Assembly (NCBI RefSeq): GCF_016903815.1
Contig: NZ_CP069973.1
DNA: 64,000 bases
Strand: one strand, 5' to 3'
Origin: Escherichia coli
Lineage (GTDB): Bacteria > Pseudomonadota > Gammaproteobacteria > Enterobacterales > Enterobacteriaceae
Shown: positions 47,422-58,520 of the stretch, one piece after another
Layout: each line of letters begins with the position of its first letter
Numbering within the stretch: position 1 is the stretch's first letter
Position numbers and translations under genes: made by a program
Notes under the pieces: generated by a model
Database searches by the model: none
The model's input: the letters and a program-made list of their open reading frames with translations, nothing else
What the model was told of the DNA's origin: nothing

Positions 47422-48135
47422 TCAGACCTGAGTGGCACTAACCATCCGGCGCAGGCAGGCGATTTGCAGTACGGCTGGAATCGTCACGCGATAGGCGCTG
47501 CCGCTGACCGCTTTAACCCCATTTAGTGCCGCGCCTACAGGGCCTCCCAGCCCCGCGCCGCGCAGCAAACCATGCCCAAGTACGCTCATTGCTGCGTGGG
47601 TGCGTAAAATGCGGGTCAATTGGCTGGAAAGCAAATGCGACACGCCTTTTGCCAATAATTTGTCTTTCATCAGCAGCGGCAGCAGCTCTTCCAGCTCATT
47701 CACCCTGGCATCGACCGCGTGCAGAAACTCCTGCTTATGTTCCTCGTCCATTTTCTTCCAGGTATTACGCAGAAATTGCTCCAGTAACTGTTGCTCAATT
47801 TCAAACGTAGACATCTCTTTGTCGGCTTTCAGCTTCAATCTTTTTGAAACATCGAGCAAAATGGCCCGATACAATTTACCGTGTCCGCGCAATTTGTTGG
47901 CGATACTATCGCCACCAAAATGTTGTAATTCTCCGGCAATCAGCTGCCAGTTGCGGCGGTGTTGCTCGGGATGTCCTTCCATCGATTTAAACAGTTCGTT
48001 GCGCATCAGTACGCTGGAGAGGCGAGTTTTGCCTTTTTCATTATGAGTGAGCAGCCGGGCGAAATTTGCCAATTGTTCCTCACTACAATGCTGGAGAAAA
48101 TCCAGATCTGAATCATTCAGGTAATTAACATTCAT
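47422..48135 (-). CDS. yaaW: UPF0174 / DUF3944 protein YaaW
   Basis: 237-aa ORF, MNVNYLNDSDLDFLQHCSEEQLANFARLL... Confidence 0.85.
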   Translation of the reverse strand: MNVNYLNDSDLDFLQHCSEEQLANFARLLTHNEKGKTRLSSVLMRNELFKSMEGHPEQHRRNWQLIAGELQHFGGDSIANKLRGHGKLYRAILLDVSKRLKLKADKEMSTFEIEQQLLEQFLRNTWKKMDEEHKQEFLHAVDARVNELEELLPLLMKDKLLAKGVSHLLSSQLTRILRTHAAMSVLGHGLLRGAGLGGPVGAALNGVKAVSGSAYRVTIPAVLQIACLRRMVSATQV

Positions 48136-48160
48136 TTTTTGTGGCTTCTATATTCTGGTG

Positions 48161-48565
48161 TTAGTCGTCGCCGATAATTTTCAGCGTGGCCATATCCGAT
48201 GAGTTCACCGTATGGCCGGAAAAGGTGATTTTTGAGACGCAGCGTTTATTGTCGTTATCGCTGTTAATGTTGATCCAGTCAGTGGTTTGCCCTTCTTTTA
48301 TTTCTGAAGGAATATTCAGGCTCTGACTGGCGCTACGGGCGGCTTTGAAATAAACCGATGCACCACTTAACTGTAAATCGCCATGGTCGGCAGTGAGTTG
48401 AATGCGTTTAACAATGCGACAAACAGGAAGTTTCAGCGCCAGATCGTTGGTTTCGTTACGCGGCATCGCAATGACGCCGAGGATTTTATGGTTGTTTGCC
48501 TGCGCTGTGCAGCACAGCAGCAGGCTAATCGCCAGGCTGGCGGAAAGCGTAAAAACGGATTTCAT
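48161..48565 (-). CDS. yaaI: DUF2541 periplasmic protein YaaI
   Basis: 134 aa from ATG 48565 with signal peptide [23 protein letters not shown]. Confidence 0.8.
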   Translation of the reverse strand: MKSVFTLSASLAISLLLCCTAQANNHKILGVIAMPRNETNDLALKLPVCRIVKRIQLTADHGDLQLSGASVYFKAARSASQSLNIPSEIKEGQTTDWININSDNDNKRCVSKITFSGHTVNSSDMATLKIIGDD

Positions 48566-48785
48566 AAGGATTCTCTTAGTGGGGAGAGGTAGGGGATGAA
48601 TACCCACTAGTTTACTGCTGATAAAGAGAAGATTCAGGTACGTAATATTTTCTTTTTATTACAATTTTTGGTGAATACCTTGGCTGAGATTCATTCTTTA
48701 TATGAATAAAATTGCTGTCAGTTTCACGTCTTGTTCTGCCATATCGCGAAATTTCTGCGCAAAAGCACAAAAAATTTTTGCATCT

Positions 48786-48820
48786 CCCCCTTGATGACGT
48801 GGGTTACGACCCCATTTAGT
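48786..48820 (+). promoter_or_regulatory. sigma-32 heat-shock promoter P1 of dnaK
   Basis: CCCCCTTGATGA (-35) and CCCCATTTA (-10) at the consensus spacing. Confidence 0.75.
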
Positions 48821-48859
48821 AGTCAACCGCAGTGAGTGAGTCTGCAAAAAAATGAAATT

Positions 48860-48895
48860 GGGCAGTTGAAACCAGACGTTTCGCCCCTATTACAG
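48860..48895 (+). promoter_or_regulatory. sigma-32 heat-shock promoter P2 of dnaK
   Basis: TTGAAA ... CCCCTATTA. Confidence 0.65.
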
Positions 48896-48939
48896 ACTCA
48901 CAACCACATGATGACCGAATATATAGTGGAGACGTTTAG

Positions 48940-50856
48940 ATGGGTAAAATAATTGGTATCGACCTGGGTACTACCAACTCTTGTGTAGCGATTATGGATG
49001 GCACCACTCCTCGTGTACTGGAGAACGCCGAAGGCGATCGCACCACGCCTTCTATCATTGCCTATACCCAGGATGGTGAAACTCTGGTTGGTCAGCCGGC
49101 TAAACGTCAGGCAGTGACGAACCCGCAAAACACCCTGTTTGCGATTAAACGCCTGATTGGCCGCCGCTTCCAGGACGAAGAAGTACAGCGTGATGTTTCC
49201 ATCATGCCGTTCAAAATTATTGCTGCTGATAACGGCGACGCATGGGTCGAAGTTAAAGGCCAGAAAATGGCACCGCCGCAGATTTCTGCTGAAGTGCTGA
49301 AAAAAATGAAGAAAACCGCTGAAGATTACCTGGGTGAACCGGTAACTGAAGCTGTTATCACCGTACCGGCATACTTTAACGATGCTCAGCGTCAGGCAAC
49401 CAAAGACGCAGGCCGTATCGCTGGTCTGGAAGTAAAACGTATCATCAACGAACCGACCGCAGCTGCGCTGGCTTACGGTCTGGACAAAGGTACTGGCAAC
49501 CGTACTATCGCGGTTTATGACCTGGGTGGTGGTACTTTCGATATTTCTATTATCGAAATCGACGAAGTTGACGGCGAAAAAACCTTCGAAGTTCTGGCAA
49601 CCAACGGTGATACTCACCTGGGTGGTGAAGACTTCGACAGCCGTCTGATCAACTACCTGGTTGAAGAATTCAAGAAAGATCAGGGCATTGACCTGCGCAA
49701 CGATCCGCTGGCAATGCAACGCCTGAAAGAAGCGGCAGAAAAAGCGAAAATCGAACTGTCTTCCGCTCAGCAGACCGACGTTAACCTGCCGTACATCACT
49801 GCAGACGCGACCGGTCCGAAACACATGAACATCAAAGTGACTCGTGCGAAACTGGAAAGCCTGGTTGAAGATCTGGTAAACCGTTCCATTGAGCCGCTGA
49901 AAGTTGCACTGCAGGACGCTGGCCTGTCCGTATCTGATATCGACGACGTTATCCTCGTTGGTGGTCAGACTCGTATGCCAATGGTTCAGAAGAAAGTTGC
50001 TGAGTTCTTTGGTAAAGAGCCGCGTAAAGACGTTAACCCGGACGAAGCTGTAGCAATCGGTGCTGCTGTTCAGGGTGGTGTTCTGACTGGTGACGTAAAA
50101 GACGTACTGCTGCTGGACGTTACCCCGCTGTCTCTGGGTATCGAAACCATGGGCGGTGTGATGACGACGCTGATCGCGAAAAACACCACTATCCCGACCA
50201 AGCACAGCCAGGTGTTCTCTACCGCTGAAGACAACCAGTCTGCGGTAACCATCCATGTGCTGCAGGGTGAACGTAAACGTGCAGCTGATAACAAATCTCT
50301 GGGTCAGTTCAACCTGGATGGTATCAACCCGGCACCGCGCGGCATGCCGCAGATCGAAGTTACCTTCGATATCGATGCTGACGGTATCCTGCACGTTTCC
50401 GCGAAAGATAAAAACAGCGGTAAAGAGCAGAAGATCACCATCAAGGCTTCTTCTGGTCTGAACGAAGATGAAATCCAGAAAATGGTACGCGACGCAGAAG
50501 CTAACGCCGAAGCTGACCGTAAGTTTGAAGAGCTGGTACAGACTCGCAACCAGGGCGACCATCTGCTGCACAGCACCCGTAAGCAGGTTGAAGAAGCAGG
50601 CGACAAACTGCCGGCTGACGACAAAACTGCTATCGAGTCTGCACTGACTGCACTGGAAACTGCTCTGAAAGGTGAAGACAAAGCCGCTATCGAAGCGAAA
50701 ATGCAGGAACTGGCACAGGTTTCCCAGAAACTGATGGAAATCGCCCAGCAGCAACATGCCCAGCAGCAGACTGCCGGTGCTGATGCTTCTGCAAACAACG
50801 CGAAAGATGACGATGTTGTCGACGCTGAATTTGAAGAAGTCAAAGACAAAAAATAA
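48940..50856 (+). CDS. dnaK: Hsp70 chaperone DnaK
   Basis: 638-aa [24 protein letters not shown]... Confidence 0.98.
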
Positions 50857-50944
50857 TCGCCCTATAAACGGGTAATTATACTGACACGGGCGAAGGGGAA
50901 TTTCCTCTCCGCCCGTGCATTCATCTAGGGGCAATTTAAAAAAG
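50857..50944 (+). ncRNA. putative structured dnaK-dnaJ intergenic RNA (tpke11 position in K-12)
   Basis: hairpin ACGGGCGAAGGGGAATTTCCTCTCCGCCCGT in the 88-bp spacer; K-12 annotation from memory. Confidence 0.25.
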
Positions 50945-52075
50945 ATGGCTAAGCAAGATTATTACGAGATTTTAGGCGTTTCCAAAACAGCGGAAGAGCG
51001 TGAAATCAAAAAGGCCTACAAACGCCTGGCCATGAAATACCACCCGGACCGTAACCAGGGTGACAAAGAGGCCGAGGCGAAATTTAAAGAGATCAAGGAA
51101 GCTTATGAAGTTCTGACCGACTCGCAAAAACGTGCGGCATACGATCAGTATGGTCATGCTGCGTTTGAGCAAGGTGGCATGGGCGGCGGCGGTTTTGGCG
51201 GCGGCGCAGACTTCAGCGATATTTTTGGTGACGTTTTCGGCGATATTTTTGGCGGCGGGCGTGGTCGTCAACGTGCGGCGCGCGGTGCTGATTTACGCTA
51301 TAACATGGAGCTCACCCTCGAAGAAGCTGTACGTGGCGTGACCAAAGAGATCCGCATTCCGACTCTGGAAGAGTGTGACGTTTGCCACGGTAGCGGTGCA
51401 AAACCAGGTACACAGCCGCAGACCTGTCCGACCTGTCATGGTTCTGGTCAGGTGCAGATGCGCCAGGGTTTCTTTGCCGTGCAGCAGACCTGTCCACACT
51501 GTCAGGGCCGCGGTACGCTGATCAAAGATCCGTGCAACAAATGTCATGGTCATGGTCGTGTTGAGCGCAGCAAAACGCTGTCCGTTAAAATCCCGGCAGG
51601 AGTGGACACTGGAGACCGCATCCGTCTTGCGGGTGAAGGTGAAGCGGGCGAGCATGGCGCACCGGCAGGCGATCTGTACGTTCAGGTTCAGGTTAAACAG
51701 CACCCGATTTTCGAGCGTGAAGGTAACAACCTGTATTGCGAAGTCCCGATCAACTTCGCTATGGCAGCGCTGGGTGGCGAAATCGAAGTACCGACCCTTG
51801 ATGGTCGCGTCAAACTGAAAGTGCCTGGCGAAACCCAGACCGGTAAGCTGTTCCGTATGCGCGGTAAAGGCGTCAAGTCTGTTCGCGGCGGTGCGCAAGG
51901 TGACTTGCTGTGCCGCGTTGTCGTCGAAACACCGGTAGGTCTGAACGAGAAGCAGAAACAGCTGCTGCAAGAGCTGCAGGAAAGCTTCGGTGGCCCAACC
52001 GGTGAGCACAACAGCCCGCGTTCAAAGAGCTTCTTTGATGGTGTGAAGAAGTTTTTTGACGACCTGACTCGCTAA
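50945..52075 (+). CDS. dnaJ: Hsp40 co-chaperone DnaJ
   Basis: 376 aa from ATG 50945 ([21 protein letters not shown]...); G/F-rich region and four CxxCxGxG repeats. Confidence 0.98.
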
Positions 52076-52178
52076 CCTCCCCAAAAGCCTGCCTGTGGGC
52101 AGGCCAGGGTAAAAATAGGGTGCGTTGAAGATATGCGAGCACCTGTAAAGTGGCGGGGATCACTCCCCGCCGTTGCTC

Positions 52179-52331
52179 TTACTCGGATTCGTAAGCCGTG
52201 AAAACAGCAACCTCCGTCTGGCCAGTTCGGATGTGAACCTCACAGAGGTCTTTTCTCGTTACCAGCGCCGCCACTACGGCGGTGATACAGATGACGATCA
52301 GGGCGACAATCATCGCCTTATGCTGCTTCAT
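52179..52331 (-). CDS. hokC: Hok-family membrane toxin HokC (type I toxin)
   Basis: 50 aa, MKQHKAMIVALIVICITAVVAALVTRKDLCEVHIRTGQTEVAVFTAYESE. Confidence 0.85.
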   Translation of the reverse strand: MKQHKAMIVALIVICITAVVAALVTRKDLCEVHIRTGQTEVAVFTAYESE

Positions 52332-52388
52332 TGCTCTCTTCTCCTTGACCTTACGGTCAGTAAGAGGCACTCTACATGTGTTCAGCAT
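52179..52388 (-). CDS. mokC: MokC, overlapping reading frame that enables hokC translation
   Basis: 69-aa frame from ATG 52388 (MLNTCRVPLTDRKVKEKRA...) running into hokC in the same frame. Confidence 0.6.
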   Translation of the reverse strand: MLNTCRVPLTDRKVKEKRAMKQHKAMIVALIVICITAVVAALVTRKDLCEVHIRTGQTEVAVFTAYESE

Positions 52389-52434
52389 ATAGGGAGCCTC
52401 GGGTTGATGGTAAAATATCACTCGGGGCTTTTCT
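52380..52434 (+). ncRNA. sokC: SokC antisense RNA (type I antitoxin); coordinates transferred from K-12 by offset
   Basis: position antisense to the mokC start; typical hok/sok architecture. Confidence 0.4.
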
Positions 52435-52916
52435 CTATCTGCCGTTCAGCTAATGCCTGAGACAGATAGCCTCAAGCACCCGCCGCTATTATATCGCTCT
52501 CTTTAACCCATTCTGTTTTATCGATTCTAATCCTGAAGACGCCTCGTATTTTTATGGCGTAATTTTTTAATGATTTAATTATTTAACTTTAATTTATCTC
52601 TTCATCGCAATTATTGACGACAAGCTGGATTATTTTTGAAATATTGGCCTAACAAACATCGCCGACTGACAACAAATTAATTATTACTTTTCCTAATTAA
52701 TCCCTCAGAAATCCTGACCTTAAGCTATGATTATCAGGGCTTAGGGTCACTCGTGAGCGCTTACAGCCGTCAAAAACTCATCTCATCGCTAATGGCACAA
52801 ATCCTTCAATGGTTCGTAAAAAACGAATTATTCCTACACTATAATCTGATTTTAACGATGATTCGTGCGGGGTAAGATAGTAAAAACGATCTATTCACCT
52901 GAAAGAGAAATAAAAA

Positions 52917-54083
52917 GTGAAACATCTGCATCGATTCTTTAGCAGTGATGCCTCGGGAGGCATTATTCTTATCATTGCCGCTATCCTGGCGATGATTATG
53001 GCCAACAGCGGCGCAACCAGTGGATGGTATCACGACTTTCTGGAGACGCCGGTTCAGCTCCGGGTTGGTTCACTCGAAATCAACAAAAACATGCTGTTAT
53101 GGATAAATGACGCGCTGATGGCGGTATTTTTCCTGTTAGTCGGTCTGGAAGTTAAACGTGAACTGATGCAAGGATCGCTAGCCAGCTTACGCCAGGCTGC
53201 ATTTCCAGTTATCGCCGCTATTGGTGGGATGATTGTGCCGGCATTACTCTATCTGGCCTTTAACCATGCCGATCCGATTACCCGCGAAGGGTGGGCGATC
53301 CCGGCGGCTACTGACATTGCTTTTGCACTTGGTGTGCTGGCGCTGTTGGGAAGTCGTGTTCCGTTAGCGCTGAAGATCTTTTTGATGGCTCTGGCTATTA
53401 TCGACGATCTTGGGGCCATCATTATCATCGCATTGTTCTACACTAATGACTTATCGATGGCCTCTCTTGGTGTCGCGGCTGTAGCAATTGCGGTACTCGC
53501 GGTATTGAATCTGTGTGGTGTACGCCGCACGGGCGTCTATATTCTGGTTGGCGTGGTGTTGTGGACTGCGGTGTTGAAATCGGGGGTTCACGCAACCCTG
53601 GCGGGGGTAATTGTCGGCTTCTTTATTCCTTTGAAAGAGAAGCATGGGCGTTCTCCAGCGAAGCGACTGGAGCATGTGTTGCACCCGTGGGTGGCGTATC
53701 TGATTTTACCGCTGTTTGCATTTGCTAATGCTGGCGTTTCACTGCAAGGCGTCACGCTGGATGGCTTGACCTCCATTCTACCATTGGGGATCATCGCTGG
53801 CTTGCTGATTGGCAAACCGCTGGGGATTAGTCTGTTCTGCTGGTTGGCGCTGCGTTTGAAACTGGCGCATCTGCCTGAGGGAACGACTTATCAGCAAATT
53901 ATGGCGGTGGGGATCCTGTGCGGTATCGGTTTTACTATGTCTATCTTTATTGCCAGCCTGGCCTTTGGTAGCGTAGATCCAGAACTGATTAACTGGGCGA
54001 AACTCGGTATCCTGGTCGGTTCTATCTCTTCGGCGGTAATTGGATACAGCTGGTTACGCGTTCGTTTGCGTCCATCAGTTTGA
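52917..54083 (+). CDS. nhaA: Na+/H+ antiporter NhaA
   Basis: 388-aa ORF with GTG start, [31 protein letters not shown]... Confidence 0.96.
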   Translation: MKHLHRFFSSDASGGIILIIAAILAMIMANSGATSGWYHDFLETPVQLRVGSLEINKNMLLWINDALMAVFFLLVGLEVKRELMQGSLASLRQAAFPVIAAIGGMIVPALLYLAFNHADPITREGWAIPAATDIAFALGVLALLGSRVPLALKIFLMALAIIDDLGAIIIIALFYTNDLSMASLGVAAVAIAVLAVLNLCGVRRTGVYILVGVVLWTAVLKSGVHATLAGVIVGFFIPLKEKHGRSPAKRLEHVLHPWVAYLILPLFAFANAGVSLQGVTLDGLTSILPLGIIAGLLIGKPLGISLFCWLALRLKLAHLPEGTTYQQIMAVGILCGIGFTMSIFIASLAFGSVDPELINWAKLGILVGSISSAVIGYSWLRVRLRPSV

Positions 54084-54142
54084 CAGGACGGTTTACCGGG
54101 GAGCCATAAACGGCTCCCTTTTCATTGTTATCAGGGAGAGAA

Positions 54143-55048
54143 ATGAGCATGTCTCATATCAATTACAACCACTTGTATTACTTCTGGCATGTCTATAAAG
54201 AAGGTTCCGTGGTTGGCGCAGCGGAGGCGCTTTATTTAACACCACAAACCATTACCGGGCAGATTCGGGCGCTGGAAGAGCGCCTGCAAGGCAAATTATT
54301 TAAACGCAAGGGACGTGGTCTCGAACCCAGCGAGCTGGGAGAGCTGGTCTATCGCTATGCCGATAAAATGTTCACCTTAAGCCAGGAAATGCTGGATATT
54401 GTGAACTATCGCAAAGAATCCAATTTATTGTTTGACGTTGGCGTGGCTGATGCACTTTCTAAACGCCTGGTCAGTAGCGTACTTAACGCCGCAGTGGTAG
54501 AAGGCGAGCCGATTCATCTTCGCTGCTTCGAATCCACCCACGAAATGCTGCTGGAGCAATTAAGTCAGCATAAACTGGATATGATCATTTCCGACTGTCC
54601 GATAGATTCTACGCAGCAGGAAGGTCTGTTCTCCGTGAGAATTGGCGAATGTGGCGTGAGTTTCTGGTGTACAAATCCACCACCGGAAAAACCGTTCCCG
54701 GCTTGTCTGGAAGAACGGCGGCTTTTGATTCCTGGGCGACGTTCAATGTTAGGGCGCAAATTGCTTAACTGGTTTAACTCCCAGGGATTAAACGTAGAAA
54801 TCCTCGGCGAGTTTGATGATGCCGCGTTGATGAAAGCTTTTGGTGCGATGCACAATGCAATCTTCGTTGCCCCAACGCTTTATGCATATGACTTTTATGC
54901 CGATAAAACTGTCGTAGAAATTGGTCGCGTCGAAAATGTGATGGAAGAGTACCATGCTATTTTTGCTGAGCGGATGATTCAGCACCCGGCGGTACAGCGA
55001 ATCTGCAATACGGATTATTCTGCGCTTTTTAGCCCAGCGGCACGTTAA
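54143..55048 (+). CDS. nhaR: LysR-family activator NhaR
   Basis: 301 aa from ATG 54143 ([41 protein letters not shown]...). Confidence 0.94.
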   Translation: MSMSHINYNHLYYFWHVYKEGSVVGAAEALYLTPQTITGQIRALEERLQGKLFKRKGRGLEPSELGELVYRYADKMFTLSQEMLDIVNYRKESNLLFDVGVADALSKRLVSSVLNAAVVEGEPIHLRCFESTHEMLLEQLSQHKLDMIISDCPIDSTQQEGLFSVRIGECGVSFWCTNPPPEKPFPACLEERRLLIPGRRSMLGRKLLNWFNSQGLNVEILGEFDDAALMKAFGAMHNAIFVAPTLYAYDFYADKTVVEIGRVENVMEEYHAIFAERMIQHPAVQRICNTDYSALFSPAAR

Positions 55049-55054
55049 TCGGCA

Positions 55055-55081
55055 GCTCCCCCAAAGTTAAGGTGGGGGAGA
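55055..55081. terminator. bidirectional hairpin between convergent nhaR and the fimbrial operon
   Basis: GCTCCCCC-AAAGTTAAGGT-GGGGGAG. Confidence 0.6.
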
Positions 55082-55085
55082 TAGA

Positions 55086-56045
55086 TTAGTTGTACATTAC
55101 CACGATTTTGACTCGGCTCATTATTTGCCCGCTTGAGACATTATTTCCATATGTACGCGGGCGAATAAATAGAGGAATCTGATTACTTCCTTCATGGGGA
55201 TGCTGAAAAGAGTAGTAATTGCTTTTACCATACTGCATTTCATTCGTACCATCATTGGAGAGTTGAAAGCCTATTTGACCCGCACCGTCCTCACTGTTTT
55301 CTAAATCATTTTTTAATATGCTGGTTCCTGAATCCTGTATCGTCACTGGCTCAAAGTAATATTCAACATCACTAGGTTCAAAAACTAATTCACCTTGCTC
55401 ACCCTGGATACAGTCAAATCTTATATGATGAAACTGATAAATTTCATTATTGATACGAGACAGTACAAATCGTCCAGTGTCGATGGATTGATCTTCAAAA
55501 CCACAGGTCATTAAATTTACCTGTAAAATAGTATTTAAATTAAAATTAAAGCGGACGCTATTACAATTAGTATTATTCCCTGTACATGAACTCACTTCAA
55601 TTTCGAACAGCAAAGGAAAAGGAGTTCCTGGAAAAATATCTGCGGTGTCAGAACTATCTGATACAGATGCGATAGAATATGGAATGGTGAAATTTATCGC
55701 AGATAGCATTTCTTCTAAATTATAAGATAACTTCCCTGGAAGCTCTATTTTTTTACCGTCAGATTCAAAGGGGAAATTAATAATGTAATGACGACTTCCG
55801 ACTTTAAACCTTAAAGCGTTCTGTGTTAAAAAATGAACTTTAATGGCGTTGGTCGTCTCTTGCAAGTCTGCACACTCAATGATATTCCCGGTGTTTTCAA
55901 TTTTCTCGGCAGTTAGATTACCTTTCATACTCAGTGGCTTGAGTATATATGTTCCACGTTGTTCACCGACATTGGTCACTGCACAGGGAGCACTTTGCAC
56001 AATAAAAGAATATAGACTTAAGGTGATTAATAAAAGCCACTTCAT
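55086..56045 (-). CDS. putative fimbrial tip adhesin / minor subunit (last gene of the chaperone-usher operon)
   Basis: 319-aa ORF with signal peptide MKWLLLITLSLYSFIVQSA; larger than a pilin, consistent with a two-domain adhesin; 12 bp after the usher. Confidence 0.6.
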   Translation of the reverse strand: MKWLLLITLSLYSFIVQSAPCAVTNVGEQRGTYILKPLSMKGNLTAEKIENTGNIIECADLQETTNAIKVHFLTQNALRFKVGSRHYIINFPFESDGKKIELPGKLSYNLEEMLSAINFTIPYSIASVSDSSDTADIFPGTPFPLLFEIEVSSCTGNNTNCNSVRFNFNLNTILQVNLMTCGFEDQSIDTGRFVLSRINNEIYQFHHIRFDCIQGEQGELVFEPSDVEYYFEPVTIQDSGTSILKNDLENSEDGAGQIGFQLSNDGTNEMQYGKSNYYSFQHPHEGSNQIPLFIRPRTYGNNVSSGQIMSRVKIVVMYN

Positions 56046-56057
56046 AGTAAACTCCTT

Positions 56058-58508
56058 TTACTGGCATATATATGTTTTGTTTTCATCGATAACGTGTTGA
56101 AAAGTAATAGTACAGAATAAGTTCTGTTCATCATTGAGAGCAACTTTTATGCCAGTGGGAATTTCATCTACGCGAATAAAAAGGCGACTACCCTGGCCAA
56201 CGACTCCAATATTGTTTTCCTGGAGATCCAGTACGTCATAGCCAAAGGTTAATGGCGAACCATCGGTACGCAGTGCCTGTATATACCAGGGCTTACGTTG
56301 GTCAGTTGTAAACTGCACATAAGAAACTGCTCCACGGTAAGGCGCAATAATTTGACGATTGCCCTGCAATTCTGTTTCACTTTCACTGTTTGCTATATCA
56401 AGTACCAGATGGTTTTCACGATGAGGTATCATCAGGTCGTAAACAACCTGGCCTTTGCTGTTTGTTCGGTTGTATTTTTGTCCATTAATATGCGCGCCTT
56501 CTAACCCAGGCGCATCCAGAATTGCAAATGTATCGGATAACTGGTTAGTTATATTAATACCACCGGGCCAGACAACTAATCCACTACTAATACTTCCACC
56601 ACTTTGCCAGGCGTTTTTAGAATGGCTATAGCTGCCATCTATTGTGGCGATGGGAGTTCTCCAGCTTAAATTCGTACCAAGCGAGGTATCATTATTTTGT
56701 TGTTGCTGATTAACATATATACCATAATTTAACTGATCATGTTCACCGGCTATGCCAGTAATTCCAGTATTGTTGGAGGAATAGCCATCTTTGGAAAATG
56801 AGGTCGAATTCGATAAGTTAATTTGGTGACGTGTTTTGGCAATATCATCCCCCCAGTAGAAAGGAATGGAGATAAACAGATTAAAACGCTCCTCTTCTTT
56901 ATCGTTTTCATCATAGGATTGGCTGGCAGAGAAAGTATAACTAATGCGTTGCCAGCTATTTGAATAACTGAATTGGTAATCTTTAGCATTTCCACTTCGC
57001 CCCCAGTAATTCCGCCAAAGCGCACTTAATGATACATTTCCCAGATTATTGGATAAAGGTTGCATAATATTGGCAGAAAGGCTATTTTTTCTGCCAATAT
57101 CATAAAAATCATCATATTCACTCTGATGATTGTGTTTATCATTTTCGTAAAGATGGTCGCTGAACGTCCTGTAATCCTGCGAAGCATAACGCCAGGCGGC
57201 CACGCTAAAGCGAGTAGCCGTTTGCACTAGATATTTATTATAGGCGACCTGATAGCTCGTACCTTCGTGTGTTATATCATTATTTAACTTACTACTCGAT
57301 CGGGTAGCGTCAAAAGAGATGGCACCCAGCGGTGTATTCCAACCATTTCCCAGGGTTATAGCATTATAGTTATCGGATAAAATCGTACCGCCATAAAGTG
57401 TCAAAAGATTGTTGAGGCCATATATATAATTTGCCTCGAGAAAGTCCTCCTGATTCTTTACACCATATATCTTACTGCGTCCGGCGATAAAATCGAAATT
57501 TGAAACACCAGGTTGCAGCATGTTGGGTACGGAAGAGTAGGGGACCAAAAAGGAACGAACACTACCATCTGCTTCCTTTATGCTGACATCGAGATCTGAG
57601 CCGCTGCCTGAAAGTTGCAAATCTGCGATAGTAAATGGCCCGGGGGGAACCTCTTTTTGGTAAATGATGTAGCCATTTTGCGAAACCGTTATCAAGGCAA
57701 TACTTTGCGCAACACCTTGTACTAAAGGTGTAAAGCTCTGCATAGAATCAGGTAGCATTTGCATATCGCGAAATAAGCGTATTCCGCTAAATCGCAGAGA
57801 GTCGAATATGAGTGAGGATGTGTAATTTTCTCCTATCTGAACTGTGCTTAATATTTGCGACCAGCCACGTTCCAGGTAAAGAGTATTACTTTGCCATGTG
57901 CCTTTCATATCATCAGGCTTGCTATAGCTGGCATCAGAGTGTAATTGCCAACTAAATAAATTTAATCCGCTGTTAAAACGACCATAACTGGCTGTATTAC
58001 TATTATTATTGCTGTCATAAGAGCGATACTGACTTAAATTATAGGAGGTATAAAAAGCATCAATGCCGCGATCCCAACTTTCCGGGGGAACGTAACCTCT
58101 TTCAAGTTCATTGATATACGCCTGTGGGATCGTTAAATTTAGTCGGTGTTCACTGATATCCCACTGATATTGTCCACCATGAACCGCTTCATCCAGTAAA
58201 ATACAATTATCTTCTGTATTGAGATTATCGGTTTTTACCCCCAGTGTGGTTAGTAGCACCTTAGGCAGACATGGTTTGGCTGGTGACTCTGGGATCGTGA
58301 TATCTTGTTTCCCACGCCACTGGTGGTTTACATAAACATCAAGTTCGTAGTTTCCCGGAAGAGGTTGTTTATTATCGAAGCGATATTCGGAAACTTTTTT
58401 TCCTCTCATGCCGCCAATCATGAAGTGCGTATCAAAAGTTTCTTCAGCATAACCCGGAAAAGAATACAAAAAAATAATAGCAGCGACCCATCGTGTCGTC
58501 CTTAACAT
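56058..58508 (-). CDS. fimbrial outer-membrane usher (FimD/PapC family)
   Basis: 816-aa ORF with signal peptide; length and beta-strand-rich Tyr/Gly/Asn composition typical of ushers. Confidence 0.85.
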   Translation of the reverse strand: MLRTTRWVAAIIFLYSFPGYAEETFDTHFMIGGMRGKKVSEYRFDNKQPLPGNYELDVYVNHQWRGKQDITIPESPAKPCLPKVLLTTLGVKTDNLNTEDNCILLDEAVHGGQYQWDISEHRLNLTIPQAYINELERGYVPPESWDRGIDAFYTSYNLSQYRSYDSNNNSNTASYGRFNSGLNLFSWQLHSDASYSKPDDMKGTWQSNTLYLERGWSQILSTVQIGENYTSSLIFDSLRFSGIRLFRDMQMLPDSMQSFTPLVQGVAQSIALITVSQNGYIIYQKEVPPGPFTIADLQLSGSGSDLDVSIKEADGSVRSFLVPYSSVPNMLQPGVSNFDFIAGRSKIYGVKNQEDFLEANYIYGLNNLLTLYGGTILSDNYNAITLGNGWNTPLGAISFDATRSSSKLNNDITHEGTSYQVAYNKYLVQTATRFSVAAWRYASQDYRTFSDHLYENDKHNHQSEYDDFYDIGRKNSLSANIMQPLSNNLGNVSLSALWRNYWGRSGNAKDYQFSYSNSWQRISYTFSASQSYDENDKEEERFNLFISIPFYWGDDIAKTRHQINLSNSTSFSKDGYSSNNTGITGIAGEHDQLNYGIYVNQQQQNNDTSLGTNLSWRTPIATIDGSYSHSKNAWQSGGSISSGLVVWPGGINITNQLSDTFAILDAPGLEGAHINGQKYNRTNSKGQVVYDLMIPHRENHLVLDIANSESETELQGNRQIIAPYRGAVSYVQFTTDQRKPWYIQALRTDGSPLTFGYDVLDLQENNIGVVGQGSRLFIRVDEIPTGIKVALNDEQNLFCTITFQHVIDENKTYICQ

Positions 58509-58520
58509 GACTTTTTCCTG

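Noticed and set aside
47526-48046. Plus-strand ORFs antisense to yaaW (the htgA/mbiA position in K-12)
   Set aside because: Ser/Cys-rich low-complexity translation entirely within yaaW on the other strand; the sequence alone does not support calling it, although K-12 annotations list an ORF here.
50304-50849. Ser/Ala-rich 181-aa antisense ORF in the 3' part of dnaK
   Set aside because: Shadow ORF within dnaK; low-complexity product.
48898-50934. 678-codon open frame antisense to the whole of dnaK
   Set aside because: Long stop-free antisense frames opposite hsp70 genes are a known by-product of their codon usage. It has no RBS context and a low-complexity product, and it fully overlaps a highly conserved gene, so it is not called as a CDS.
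51132-51341. Gly/Phe-rich repetitive stretch in dnaJ
   Set aside because: This is the native G/F linker of DnaJ, not a repeat element.
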